NCBI GenBank assembly: GCA_004431415.1
Contig: QPMI01000483.1
Location: forward strand, 62,001-126,000
DNA length: 64,000 bases
Origin: Cyanophora paradoxa CCMP329
Lineage: Eukaryota > Plantae > Glaucophyta
Direction: 5' to 3'
This document shows positions 19,930-32,000 of this stretch, piece after piece (positions within the stretch are counted from its first letter, which is position 1; each line of letters starts with the position of its first letter). Below the pieces are notes generated by a model. It saw only the letters and a program-made list of their open reading frames with translations. It searched no databases and was not told the origin of the DNA. The position numbers and the translations under genes were made by a program.

Positions 19930-20730
19930 GTAGATCACCGGCCGGGCTTCCACGCGGGAAGGCCGGCTGCGAGCTAAGATCTCCTCCGGGGCTCGTAGCG
20001 TCCGCAGCGAGGCGGAGGCGAGGGAAGAGCCGAGGGGAGAGGGCGGGAAAGGGCGACGGGGGCGGTTCGAGGCGCCGCACGTAGATCACCGGCCGGGCTT
20101 CCACGCGGGAAGGCCGGCTGCGAGCTAAGATCTCCTCCGGGGCTCGTAGCGTCCGCAGCGAGGCGGAGGCGAGGGAAGAGCCGAGGGGAGAGGGCGGGAA
20201 AGGGCGACGGGGGCGGTTCGAGGCGCCGCACGTAGGTCACCGGCCGGGCTTCCACGCGGGAAGGCCGGCTGCGAGCTAAGATCTCCTCCGAGGCTCGTAG
20301 CGTCCGCAGCGAGGCGGAGGCGAGGGAAGAGCCGAGGGAGAGGGCGGGAAAGGGCGACGGGGCGGTTCGAGGCGCCGCACGTAGATCACCGGCCGGGCTT
20401 CCGCGCGGGAGGGCCGGCTGCGATCTGAGGTCTCCGCCGAGGCTCGTGGCGTCCGCAGCGAGGCGGAGGCGAGGGAGAGCCGAGGGGAGAGGGCGGGAAC
20501 GGCGGGTAACGGACGGCGCGGCGTCGTCGAGCGACGGCGGCCGGGAAAAGGAATGACGGGTGCGGAAATCGATGTCGGCGACGTATGGACGTCGGCCGAC
20601 GGGCGGGAGTGGGCGGGAAAAGCGACGAAGATGGAGGTCCGAGGAGCCGAGGGAGGGTCGCCGACCGGGCTTCCACGCGGGAAGGCCGGCTGCGATCGGT
20701 GATCTCCGGCGAGGTTCACGTGTCCGCAGC
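19930..20730. repeat. ~151-bp GC-rich tandem repeat
   Basis: GTAGATCACCGGCCGGGCTTCC recurs at 19930, 20081, 20232 and 20381, with a degenerate copy near 20660. Confidence 0.92.
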
Positions 20731-21669
20731 GCGGCGGAGACGTGGGCGGGAGAAAGTTGGGGCGGGGGAAGTGATCGCGAGGTAAGTCCGCAGCTGAGCG
20801 TCGGCGGTCCACCGGCGAGTCGAAGGGCTGAATCCGCCGGAAATTTTGGCAGAGTCTCCCCCTTCGAAAGGCCGAGAAGTGCGCGGCGCTGAAGCGGGCG
20901 GCGGGGCGAGGTCGGTCGGTCGATGTCGGTCGGTGACGGGCGCGTCCGGTCGACGATCCGCCGTTTCCGAGCGTCGCCGATGCCACTAGCAACGATTCCG
21001 CGTCCGGCGTGGGACGGGGGCGTGCCAGTCGATTCCCGCAGACTGCGGATGCACGGGGCGACCGTTAGCGAGTCCGGCGTCGGCGTGCGGCGGCGGATTC
21101 GCAATACTGTCCTCCGAAACGCGCTCCTCCGTCCACGGATCGCTTCGCCCAGCGGTCCGACCACGCCTGGCTGCGGCTGGCGGGTCGGATGGCTGGACGA
21201 GGCCCGGCGAGGGTCAGAAGAGCCTAGTTTACGGTGCGGCTAGGCTTAGCCATGCGTGCTGTGCAGTTCTAGCAAGCTGGCGGCGAGAGCGAGCAGAGCT
21301 GGTATTCCAGGAGCAAGCGCAAGTACAGGGTACAAGTGTGTGTCCCGGGGTGTGAGCCCGGGAGGGGTACATGAAAAGTAGTGGGGGTCCAATCGGCGCA
21401 CTCATTGTGAGCGCTGCGGAGACTAAGGCCAAGCACTGCGAGTAGCGAGACTCGGGGCGCCGGCTCCTGACGGCCTAAAGCCGTGAGGCAATACACCAGC
21501 TTCGAATTCCAGCCAGCCATTTGGCCGGGCAGCGCGCTGGCCAGTGCGCTAGGCCTAGGCTGCCAAGGCCTACTGTGACAGCCGCGAGAGCGTCCGCGAG
21601 GCTTCGCCGTACTTAGTGCTCCGCAGGAGCACGGATCTTGTAATTTTTTCCCAGGTGCGCGCCCGAAAC

Positions 21670-21745
21670 TCCGACCGGATTCGAACCCGGGTTTTTTTGA
21701 TACTGCTAGACGGCGACCCCCGACACCCATTGGACGCCCTTTACC
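21670..21745 (-). pseudogene. Second degenerate tRNA-like sequence
   Basis: Minus strand GTCCAATGG ... ACCCGGGTTCGAATCCGG (canonical B-box). Confidence 0.35.
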
Positions 21746-21971
21746 CGAATACCCCCCTCACAGGTCTCCCGATTCGTCGAGCCTTGTCATTTCCGAAATC
21801 CTCTCCACATTCCCTCCGCGTCAGATTCTGATTGGTCGGTGCCCTATCCTTCTCCTCAATCAAATCATATGCATATATCCTCGACCACTTCGCACGGGTT
21901 AAGGCCTCGAAATCCACCTTCGATTCTATCGGTGACCAATCGGTGCCCTGTCCGTGCCCTTAGGAGGGAAT

Positions 21972-22043
21972 CGTCCCAGCCGGATTCGAACACGGGCCTT
22001 CGACCCCCGGAACCGAGAATCCTAACCGCTAGGCTAAAACCGC
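21972..22043 (-). pseudogene. Degenerate tRNA-like sequence (tRNA-Glu-like)
   Basis: Minus strand TAGCCTAGCGGTTAGGATTCTCGG...CCCGTGTTCGAATCCGG has A-box and B-box at tRNA spacing. The acceptor stem does not pair. Confidence 0.5.
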
Positions 22044-22450
22044 AACCGAATCGGAATTTCTCAGGCGGGTATTTGAACCGCTTCCCACCCACGACTCGGA
22101 AGGAAGGTGGGACCCTGGAAAACTTTCAAGCCGCCCCGCGACACAGTGCGGCGCCGCAGCGAGCACTGCAAGCGGCGCAGCGCATGCTCATGATCGCTAT
22201 TCTAGCGCTGGAAGGGTCGAATTCATGGTCGCAGTCACCCCAAAATTTCGGAATCACTATCAGTCACCCGAAAACTTGATTCAAATGCATGGACCAGCCG
22301 ATTCCTGTCCGCCAACGCGCGAGAGCAATGCGTATAGATGCGCATAGACTAAATAGAGCGTGTGCCGTCCCTAAATTCGCCTTCGAGCCCCGCCACAGCA
22401 CGAGAAGGCGCGCGAACTGCAGAAAAATGCGATTGTGCACTCTCCCATCG

Positions 22451-22772
22451 ATCTTTCCGCGCGCCCACGCCGCAGCGCGTGCGCGGAGCAATAGGATAAG
22501 CATTTGAGATATAGAGCAAGCATTCCCCATGCTTTGCAGATGCGCCGGGCCGCGAGAGCCCAGAAGACCCCGAAAATTCGATCCTGAACGTACCTGCGCA
22601 TCTTTCCGCGCGCCCTCGCATCCTCACTTATGCCCATCGCTACAGTATTCATTTCAAAGCTTTTCAAAGCTTTGCGCAAGCTCGTCGGCGCGAAAGAGCA
22701 CGGGAATCCAGCCGACGCCAAACTTTCAATCCTGGACAAACCTGCATATATATCTTTCCGCGCGCCCTCGCC
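22451..22772. repeat. Degenerate ~150-bp periodic repeat
   Basis: ATCTTTCCGCGCGCCC at 22451, 22600 and 22752. Confidence 0.75.
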
Positions 22773-23273
22773 TCCACAGCCCTGCAGATCGATACTATAT
22801 GCATTTGAAATTCTGTTTAAGCGGATCGCAGGCTCTGCGCATGTGCATGACAACGAGAACCCCGCTCCGGCCCTCTCAGTGCACATGTACATGTCCTTTA
22901 TTAATCTAGTGCATATGCATGCAAGGCCGTTATTAATCTAGACTCTGGGATCTCCTACCCCAATATTGATACCGCCCGCACTGCATGCAGCTGGCAATGC
23001 AATCTAGCTCTCAAGAAAAATCAATGTCCTTCTCCTCTCGCTCTTGCGCGATCGGGGGGCCCGGGGGAGTCGGGGGACGAGGCGGACGGGAGTGACGGGG
23101 CGGGGGGGGGGGGGGGGGGGGGGGGGCCTTCCCGCGTGAGCGGGGTGCTTGTTATAATATTACACTAACGTTATATATAATATTATTATAACGATTAGCG
23201 TATTATAAATAACGGTCCATAGAGAGGGCACCCCCGCAGCTCTCAGTACAACTCGAAAACGTTAGAAAAGGGA

Positions 23274-26200
23274 GTTTAAATTTGCATTAGCACAACCGTA
23301 CAACACTGAAGTCGTAACGTCGACCATACCCTCACTGAAAACTATATCCAGGAAGAGAATATGAGGACTCTCGTGTGCTGTGCCTAAACATCTACCTATA
23401 TATATAACTAGCTATCCATCTAACTCTACCCCTGGGCTAGTCCTATGCTAATAGGTGGGGATGGAGCGAGGGTGGTAAAGCTGGTGGGGTGGTACTGCCT
23501 GAGTGGAGAGGTGAGGAGCTTGGTGCCTCCGGCCCCGCTAGGGCCGGGGGTTCAGAGAGGATTAGGCCTCCACTTTGGCTGGGCACTCCCGCTCCGTTGC
23601 TCCCCGACTCCAGCTGTCCGCCCCCTCCCAAGTCTACCCCCCTCTCCCCCCCCGGCATGGGCCCGCCCTCCCCTGCCTGTACGCACAACTTGCCAGTGTC
23701 CTTCACACTAGCACGTACAATCCTCGAGGCCTCTCTAGTCTTTAACTGCGGCCTGGCTGCTGGGCTGCAAGCATGGCGCCAAAATACATCGCCTGCGCCT
23801 GGTTCATCTGCATCTGCTGTGCCACCTGCTGCGGCGTCTGCTGCATCATAAATCCCGGGAACCCCCCCGGGAGCTGGGGGGAGAGGATGGGGATCGGGGG
23901 CTGAGGCGCCGCCACCTCCACCGGAGTGTGTCCTCCGCGCCCGCCGTGGGGTCCGCCGCGTCCGCGCGTCCCGCGGCCCCGCGAGTTGCGGCCACGGGTA
24001 TCGTTGCTGCTCAGCGCCGGCGCCGCTGACGTCACTGCTGCCGAGTCTATGCCCAGCTGCAGCGGCGGCCAGGATGCTGCGGGGACGCCGGCCACGACGG
24101 CAAAGAGGTCGGTCGGCGTTGCGCTGCTGCCGCCCCAGGCTGGCGCTGGCGGGGCCGTGGGAGGTACAAATGGCTGCAGCACCCGAGGGCGCTTGGCCTC
24201 CTTGGGGAAGAAAGTCTCGCGGGGGTCCGCCTCTTCCTGGTCGCGCTTGCTCCCGCGCCCGCGCCCAGCGTTCGCTGCTGCGCCGCCGCGTCCACGGCCG
24301 CGGCTGCTGGCTGCTGAGCCCGGCTGCTGGCCAGCCAACGACGCTGCTGACGCCTCAGCGTCCGCCTCGCCGCTCGTCCGCGGCTTCCAGTCCGTGCCCG
24401 GGCACTTCGAGCTCTTGTGTTCGAAGTAGGCTTGGAGGCGGTGACGGCGGCAGCCAGCGGGGCTGAAGTTCTGGAGCGCCTTCGGGGTGAGGCTCGCCGG
24501 CGGCCGGACACGCCAGAGCGAGGCCGTGTGGTCCGCCACCTGCATTGAGAGGTGAAGCGTCTCGCCGCACGAGTAGCGCACGCCAGGCGCGGCGGGCTTC
24601 ATCGCCGCCTCCCAGGCAGCCACCTTCTCCTTCTTGATAAGGAGGTGCAGCACGTCGCCGTCGGGTGGTGACTGGCCGTGACTGTAGCTGCATTGGTGGT
24701 AGACCAGCGTCACTTCTGCCGGGTTGCGCGCCACTTCCTTGAGGATGGTGGGCAGCTGCCAAGCCTTCAGCCTTCTGCGTCCGCGGGGACGGGAGGGGAA
24801 AAAGGACTCTCGGCTCACCGGGAGTTGCGCTGTCGCCGCGTGCAGAGCCAGAACAAAGGTGCCGCAGGTGTGGAGCTCGGGGGCCTCGGTTGCGAGGTTC
24901 ACCGTGATGGGACACGACTCGAACCGCAGCAGGTTCGCCTTGCTGAGTTCGATCAGTCTGCGAGCGCGGGTTGCTGTCAGCCTCAGGTCAGCCCCGGTCG
25001 CCGTGCGCGGCAACGTACTTGTTGGCCAGGTGAACGTTGCCGGTGGTGAGGGCGATGCGCGGAGGCTCGCGCATGATCATGTTCTGTTGTACCGCCGCTG
25101 GCGTGCCGGCCCATCCGAGGACTCGAAAGCCGAGGCATTCTGCCTCCAGCTGCGTACCAGCGGTTGGTTAGCGCTCGCCGCGTGGCCGGTTAGATCATCG
25201 CACCGTGCCGTCTTGCAGCGGCGTGAGTTTCTCCCGCGTCGCGGTCTTAAGCGACTTCGTCGCGTCGTGCTCCACCTGGCGCGCCAGTGTGCGGAAGAGA
25301 TGAAGCACATCGCGGCGCGTGTTCGCGGAGAAGTTGCCGTCCGGCTGGAGGCCGCCCTTGGTAGAGAACACCGGGGCGCCGTCGATGAGGATCATTGGCG
25401 CGTGCTCCTTGTCATCGAGCAGCATCCATGGTTTCGGGGCTCTCTGCGCATGCACAGTTATGGGAAGTCGTTCCGGCTCGCTCGGCGGCTTACCACTACT
25501 GGCGAATCGATCTGGTAGATCGTCACTTCGTCTCGGCGATTCGTCTTGTTCGGCAATTTCACCGCGAGGCATGTAGCGACGCGCAGTTTCGCAGCCGTGT
25601 CTTTGGTCCACTGCGAGGGGTGAGTGAGGAGACTTGGGGACGGGCGTATCGTCAGATCGGGCGTACCTTGCGAGCTTTCGCATATGTGACATCTGTCATC
25701 ACGTCCGGCGTTGCCAGTACTGCGACGCACCCCTTTGAGGGGAAGTTGGTGCGCACTCCGCCGTGGGCGATGTTCCGTTCTGAGATCACCTGTCGCACAT
25801 TCTCAGCGTGGGCGGGAGCTCGCTCGGCCGAGTCATGACGGACCGTTTGAACCATATGTTTGCGTTCATTCAGTGGGACTAGCCCGTCGCCGTTGAGGCA
25901 GAGTTGGGTCCCCGCGTACTTGGTCGGGACAAGGTCGAGCGGTTCGAAGACGACCGCAACCATGAACTTCGGGACGCGGAAGGTCTTGTTTATCGGTTGC
26001 GACTTGTCCCGTCGCTCTCCGGCCGTCGGCGCTCGCACAACTGGGCCGCTCGGCCCTGCCGCGTCATCGTCGTCGGCGTCGCCGGCATAGTCTTCATCTT
26101 CGCCGGCGTTCACCGCAGCGCCCTGCTCTCCGGCTTCTGCACCAGCGCCTTGCTCGCCGAGATCTGCGCCGTTGCCAGCATCGTCGATCTCGCCGAGGCC

Positions 26201-26618
26201 GTCCATGAGCTCATCGCCATCGGCGTCTCCGCCTTCCTGGCCAGCGCCTTCCTCAGCAGCGCCAGGCTGGGCTGGCGTTGCGAACGGGTTGAACTCCTGT
26301 TCCGCCATCGTGTGGCGCACTTCTCTGCGCATCGTCGTGTCGGTTAGACAACTGGTGCGGAATCGTGCCGGGCCTGGAGCTTGGCCGGTTAACTGGCCGT
26401 CCAGAAGACGTGGCATCTCATTTCAGGACAGGGGGTCCTGTGATTGCGGCAAAGGCCTTTGCGGCGACAAGCAGTGGCCTTTCGGCGGATTTGAGCCATC
26501 GGGCGGGCGCGAGGCACGCTAGAGGTCTCACCAGCGCAGACACTGGCTCCCACAGTGTGTAGGCGTCGTGTCGGCGCGGGTTCCGGCGCCTCGTGCTCCT
26601 TTTTCGGGGTACCGGAAT
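23274..26618 (-). mobile_element. 3.3-kb insertion bounded by a 14-bp direct repeat (putative TSD); ORF1-only non-LTR-like element
   Basis: CGTTAGAAAAGGGA at 23260-23273 and 26619-26632. GC-rich interior between AT-rich flanks. Confidence 0.65.
23742..26308 (-). CDS. LINE ORF1/gag-like protein (frameshifted)
   Basis: Acidic N-terminus (MAEQEF...), chained ORFs, knuckle-like CRRHRLQAYFEHKSSKC, RGRGRG tracts and a Q-rich end. No EN/RT. Confidence 0.5.
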
Positions 26619-27333
26619 CGTTAGAAAAGGGATAAGAACATCGGCTTAGCTATTATACTGTGGATTTCAGAATGCAGACATCTAAATTCCCGTGGTTTCA
26701 CCAGAGGGAGGCGCCGTGCCCACTGTACCCCCGTGGCTGGACAGGCGGGCGGGCGACCTGCCGGAACGCCAAAGATGCTGTACGACTCTTATAGCTTGCT
26801 GCGCATCGTTTCTTTTTGACGTAGGCGTTGCTAAGCATGAATTACGCGGCGTTCAGAGTGTTTGTAGCCTGTATCCCCCCGGTTATTTTATTGTTATCGA
26901 TAACTGCCGTCCTGGGACTATTACAGTAATGTTTATTATAATAATTATATAAATGAGTATTATTTTGCATTATAAATTAGAGACTCATCACTGCACCGCA
27001 CCCGGTGACCGTCGGACCGGGCCCCAGACTCCCCAGTGCCGCGGCAGTGCGGCGGCACTGCAGCCCCACGCCTCCGAGGGCCCGAGCCGCCCGACTCGCC
27101 GGCGAGTCGCCGCCCGAGCTCGAGCTCGAGGCCGAGCTCGCTGAGGTGGGGCTCGAAGCGTCTGGGGGGTAGGGGAGGAAGAGGTTCTGCGGTACCTTGC
27201 CTCGGCTCTTTGGAGGAGGTGTGGCGCTTCTTGGAGCTTCGAATCGGCGTCGCGATATCGATCCGTGACAATTTGACGTCGACAGTGAGTCTCAGTGACT
27301 CGCGATCGACACTGCCTGACACTGGCTGACAGC

Positions 27334-27870
27334 CAGGGTTCGCCGCCCAAAAAGTTTGGAAAAAGAATGCAAAACTTTTTGCAAAAATTTTCAGAAAATT
27401 TTTGGTCCCCGTTTCGGCCCCCCAAAATTTTTGGAAAATTTTTGCACCCCACCCCCCCTCATCCTCCGAAATATATCGTTTGCGGCGGCTCAGGCGATGT
27501 TAAATGAAGATATAAACGACATAGAAGGCAATCTGAGGCTATTCTGAACGTGGAATTCGAAGGCGAGTTCTTGAGCTTCTGGCTCCTGTTGGGGAGGCCT
27601 AGGGGGGTACTTGGCCTTGAAACACGAGCATGCGCAGGCGGATTTCATGTGCAGATAGCAGCTCTCGCAAGCCTGCTATCGATAAACATGAGTTAAACAA
27701 TGTTTTAGACGTGTTTGAACGCGATTTGAAGCACTTTAGACGATGGTTTCGATTCTTTCGGGGCAAAACTTTTCTAAAAATTTCGCAAAAATTTCACATA
27801 CAAGGCAAAAAGTTTTGCAAAAATTTTTGGACCCTCGGCCGGGGGACCCCCAAAAATTTTCCCATCCCTG
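27334..27870. mobile_element. hAT-type MITE A (537 bp)
   Basis: CAGGG...CCCTG termini, perfect 8-bp TSD CTGACAGC (27326-27333, 27871-27878), subterminal AAAATTTTT arrays at both ends. Confidence 0.88.
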
Positions 27871-27971
27871 CTGACAGCCAGTGATCATGACAGGCAGTGA
27901 ATCATGCTGATCCGATGAGCTGATCATGAATCATGATCATGATCAGGCTGACGTCGACAGTAACTCGACAC

Positions 27972-28503
27972 CAGTGATGGCTGGGTTATTGATAACATAT
28001 TTTAGCAACCATTATTTTAACCCGGTGACCCAGGTATCTTGATTATTGATAGTGGTGCCCAATTCCAGGGGTTATCGATAACACCGCTAATTAATGGGGG
28101 AACGGTGCCAAAAACCCATTTTCCTCGCGCTACATGACAGCAGAAACGATTAACTTTAGTAAGAATGACAGCAGAACGTTTAAGAATGCTGTTAGACACC
28201 AGGGAAACGCCAGCAGGCTCTGATGCGACGGATGCCGGATGACAACCCCTCGTCTTTCAAAGTTTGTGCCTGTAGACGTCTATGAGCTGGTCAGCAGCGT
28301 TTAATTGCTTTGGATAGTGGATAAGATCTAGAGAGCGTTCTAGCAGTTTGGCGACGTTTCTGCTCTGTCCGAGCGGGGTTTCTATGGCGCTTGTGGGGGT
28401 GGTTATCGATAACATACGGTGCCATAATAATAATATAAAATAATGGTGCTAAAGATTATCGATAGCGGTCACGATTTGCCAAGAATTAATAATACCATCA
28501 CTG
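27972..28503. mobile_element. hAT-type MITE B (532 bp)
   Basis: CAGTGATGG...CCATCACTG TIR, perfect 8-bp TSD CTCGACAC (27964-27971, 28504-28511), subterminal TTAT(C/T)GATA repeats. Confidence 0.9.
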
Positions 28504-29074
28504 CTCGACACTGCCTGATCATGAGCTGAGCTGATGAGCTGACTCAGTGATGAGCTGCCTGATCACCGTGGCACAGTACACTAGTACTGCCATGCGCCAG
28601 GCTGATCATGATGCATGATGAGGCAGCACTGCCGCAGCAGTGCCGCAGCACCGTGGCACTGCCGCAGCAGTGAGGCTCTTGGGGATCTAGACTCGGGGAG
28701 TCTCGGGTTCGAGGGTCCGCTGGCAGCCGCTGAGCTTGGCACATGATCTTGCATATGCACGCGCACACGAAAAGCAGTTGAATCAACTTGAATGGTTCTC
28801 GAATTCTTCAATGATAAGTTAATTGCTAGTATGAACCTGCCTAAGCCACTATAATATGATAACATGAACCTGCCTTAACCACTCAGTGTGACTGCCAGGC
28901 TGGCAGAATCTCTACAAAAAAAATGGCGAGAAAATCGGAGAAAGTAACTTCGTCAAGGCTGAGCTGCGCGCACATACATGCATAGCGACAAGATTCTGAG
29001 AGGAAGACGCGCAAGGAACTCGATCGAATGCGGACTGGGGAGGGGGCGGGGGGAGGCCCGGGGGTGGCGGGGCG

Positions 29075-32000
29075 CTAGAAGCAGGGGAGGTAGGCGCGGG
29101 GCCCGGGGAGGGGCCGGTCGCAGGGGTCGGTGCGGTAGGCGAAGGCGCGGAGGGCGAGGCCGCGGGCGAGGGCCTCCTCCACCGCCCGGCTCGCCCCGAA
29201 GTCCGCCCCGCCCTCCACCGCCGCCAGCTTCCCCTCCGTCACCATCTGCACCGCCCGGTTGGGGGGGGGAGGGGGGGAGGGGGTTGTGTGGTTGCGGCCG
29301 GGGCGCGTGCGCACGTGCATGACGCGGTGGCCGTCGCGGGCGAAGGCGGCGGAGGCGCGGCGGAGGGCGCGGCGCCAGGAGCCCGAGGGCCGCCCGCCGG
29401 AGCGCACGCGGGCGTGCTCGGCGGCGACGAGGGCGGCGTAGGGGGCGGCGATGGGGAGCAGGCGGGCGGTGCGGCGCAGCAGCGCGGCCGCCTCCGCCGC
29501 GACGCGCTCCACGCGGGCCCGCCCGAGCTCGCGCACGCCCCGCGCCACCGCCTGCCCGTCCGAGACCGCGAGGAAGGGCCCCCCCGAGGCGTCCGGCTCC
29601 GTGGGCTGCATCAGGGGCGGCCCGGCCGGCTCCTGCGTCTGGATCTCGTGGAGGCACCAGACGGCCCAGTCCGCCACCGCGTAGAATTGCACTGCGCGCG
29701 CCGAGTGAGCCGCCGCCGCGGGGGGGCGGGGGGAGGGGGGGCGGGGCGGGGGGCGGGGCGCACGGGTGGAGAACCAGAGGGAGTTAAGGTAGTTGTCGCG
29801 CCAGACGGCGAGGCAGCGCTCGAGGAGGCGCGCCGCCTTCCCGGCGTCCTGCTCGCAGCGCCACGTCGCGAGGCCCTCGAGGCAGAGCAACGAGGCCTCG
29901 ATCCACCAGAGGGCGCCTCCCTCGCCCAGCTCCACCCGCACCTCGTTGCCCCGCAGCACCCACTCCTGCCCCCGGCCGCTCAGCGGGGCAGCGGGGGCGG
30001 ACGAGGGGGCGGGGGCGGGGCCGGGGCGCGCCTGGACGCCCTCGTCGTGGCCGCGGAACCAGCTCGACCAGCCGAAGACGACCGTCAGGAAGAGGGTCAC
30101 TGCGGAGCGCGTGAGGGGCCGGCGGGGCGGGGGGAAGGGGGCGGGGCGCACGCTGGCGGGAGCCGACGCGGCGGGAGAAGTCCCAGCACTCGGCGAGGGG
30201 CGCGCGGGCCTCCTCGAGCTCGCCGAGGGTGATGGAGGCGAGGAGGTGGCAGCCCCAGGCCTCCCCGCAGGGCCCCGCCCCCACCTCCCAGTTCAGCCGC
30301 GTGCTCTCCCCGAACGCATCCCGCGCCTCCTCCATCCGCCTGCGCCCGCCGCCCCGCCCCGCCCCGCTCGGCCCCGGCAGCGGAGCGGTGCGGTGCGGTG
30401 CGATGCGGGGCGGGGGCGGACCCGAAGGAGGCGGCGCGCATGCCGCGCTGCATGGCGACGGCGCCGCGGACGGAGTCGTCGTCGAGGGCCTCCCCGATGG
30501 CCGCCGCGTTGGCGAGGAGGCGGTCCGAGAGGGCGCGCCGCCGCATGAGGCCCGTCACGAAGGCGAGCATCGCCTGCATGCGCCCCAGCACGGGGGCCTC
30601 GGGGCTGTCGCGGGGCACGCCGCCCCGGGCGAAGGCGGTCATGGCGTAGGCGCGGAGGGCGCCGTAGACGCCGAGGAAGGTGTCCCCGGAGACGATGGCG
30701 AGCCAGGCGAGGACCTCCCACACCACCGCCGAGCACGTCCCCCCGCCCCGCCCCGGCGCCCCCTCCCCCGCCGGCCCCGCCGCCGGGGGCCCGAAGGGGA
30801 CGGGGGCCGGCAGCCGCCGCACGAAGACGTCGCGCACGAGGCGGGCGAGGACGCGGAGGGCAGTGGCGGCCCCCGGGCGGGGCAGCGCCTGCCCGCACGC
30901 CTCGAGCAGCCGGCGCGCGAGCTCGAGGCCGATGTCGAGGCGCCCCGCGTGGTACTCGGCGAAGACCCAGTACTGGAGGGAGCGGAGGCGCATGCTGCGC
31001 CACGCGAGCGGGTCGTGCCCCGAGACGGTCGAGCCGCCCGAGCCCTTGCCGCCCCGCGAGTTGCGCGAGCGGCCCGAGCCGCCCGTCGAGCCGCCCGTGG
31101 AGGGCGAGGAGGGGTCCGAGGCCTCGCCGCCCTTCTCGCCGCGGTCGCGCGAGGCCGGGCGGCGCCAGCTGGAGCGGGGCACGTTGCGGAGGTCGGGGCG
31201 GGCGGGGAGCGCGGCGTCGAGCCCGAGGGCGTCCAGCTGGCGGTGGAGCTCGCGGTAGCCGTCGCGGGCCTCGCGCAGCGCGTTCGCCTCGTACGCCTCG
31301 CGCGCCGAGCGCTCGAGGTAGGCGAGGGCGCGCTGCGTGTCCCCCGAGGCGCGGATGTGGTGGTAGAGGGCGGCGGCCTCGGAGGCGGCGGCGCGGGAGG
31401 CGTCCCCGTCGGGCTCGCCGGCGGGCCCCGCGAGGCGCTTGTCGAGGCGGCGGCCCTGCGCGCGCGCCTCGAGCCAGAGGGCGACGTTGAGGTGCAGCCG
31501 CTGCCGCGTCGCGTTCGGCGTCGCCTCGTACACCGCGTCCCGCACCAGCGCGTGCACGAAGCCGTGCTCCGCGGCGAGCCACGCGGCGGGGCCCTCGAGC
31601 GGGGCCGACCCGAGCGGCTCCACGAAGGAGGCCCCCACGAGGTGCTCCAGCGCCGTCAGCGCCTCCCGCTGCGCCAGCCGCTTCGGGTCGGCCGCCATGG
31701 CCGCCTCCAGCGTGAAGATCGGCCCCGCGACGGCGGCGAGGCGGAGGAGCGCCTGCGCGTCCCGCGGGAGGGTGTCCACGCGCGAGAGGACGACGCCCTC
31801 GATGGAGGAGGGGACGGCCGAGGCGGCGAAGCTCCCCGCCTCCGCCTCCCCCATCTGCAGCAGCTGCCGCGAGAGCTCGACGAGGAAGAGCGCTATGCCC
31901 CGGCTCTTCTCGACGACGGCGGCGAGGGCCTCCCGCGAGAAGCGCTCCGCCGCCGCCCCGAGGCGGGAGCGGACGAGGAGGTAGGCGGCCTTGTCCGTCA

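Noticed and set aside
21972-22043. Functional tRNA gene
   Set aside because: Acceptor stem and anticodon arm do not pair properly.
22451-22772. CRISPR-like repeat-spacer array
   Set aside because: Only three 16-bp cores, ~135-bp intervals that are partly homologous; better explained as a decayed satellite.
23102-23160. Poly-G plus TGT as an alternative PPT/LTR start
   Set aside because: A better PPT with a TGTCG...CGACA LTR exists at 15506-15773, and no matching LTR end was found here.
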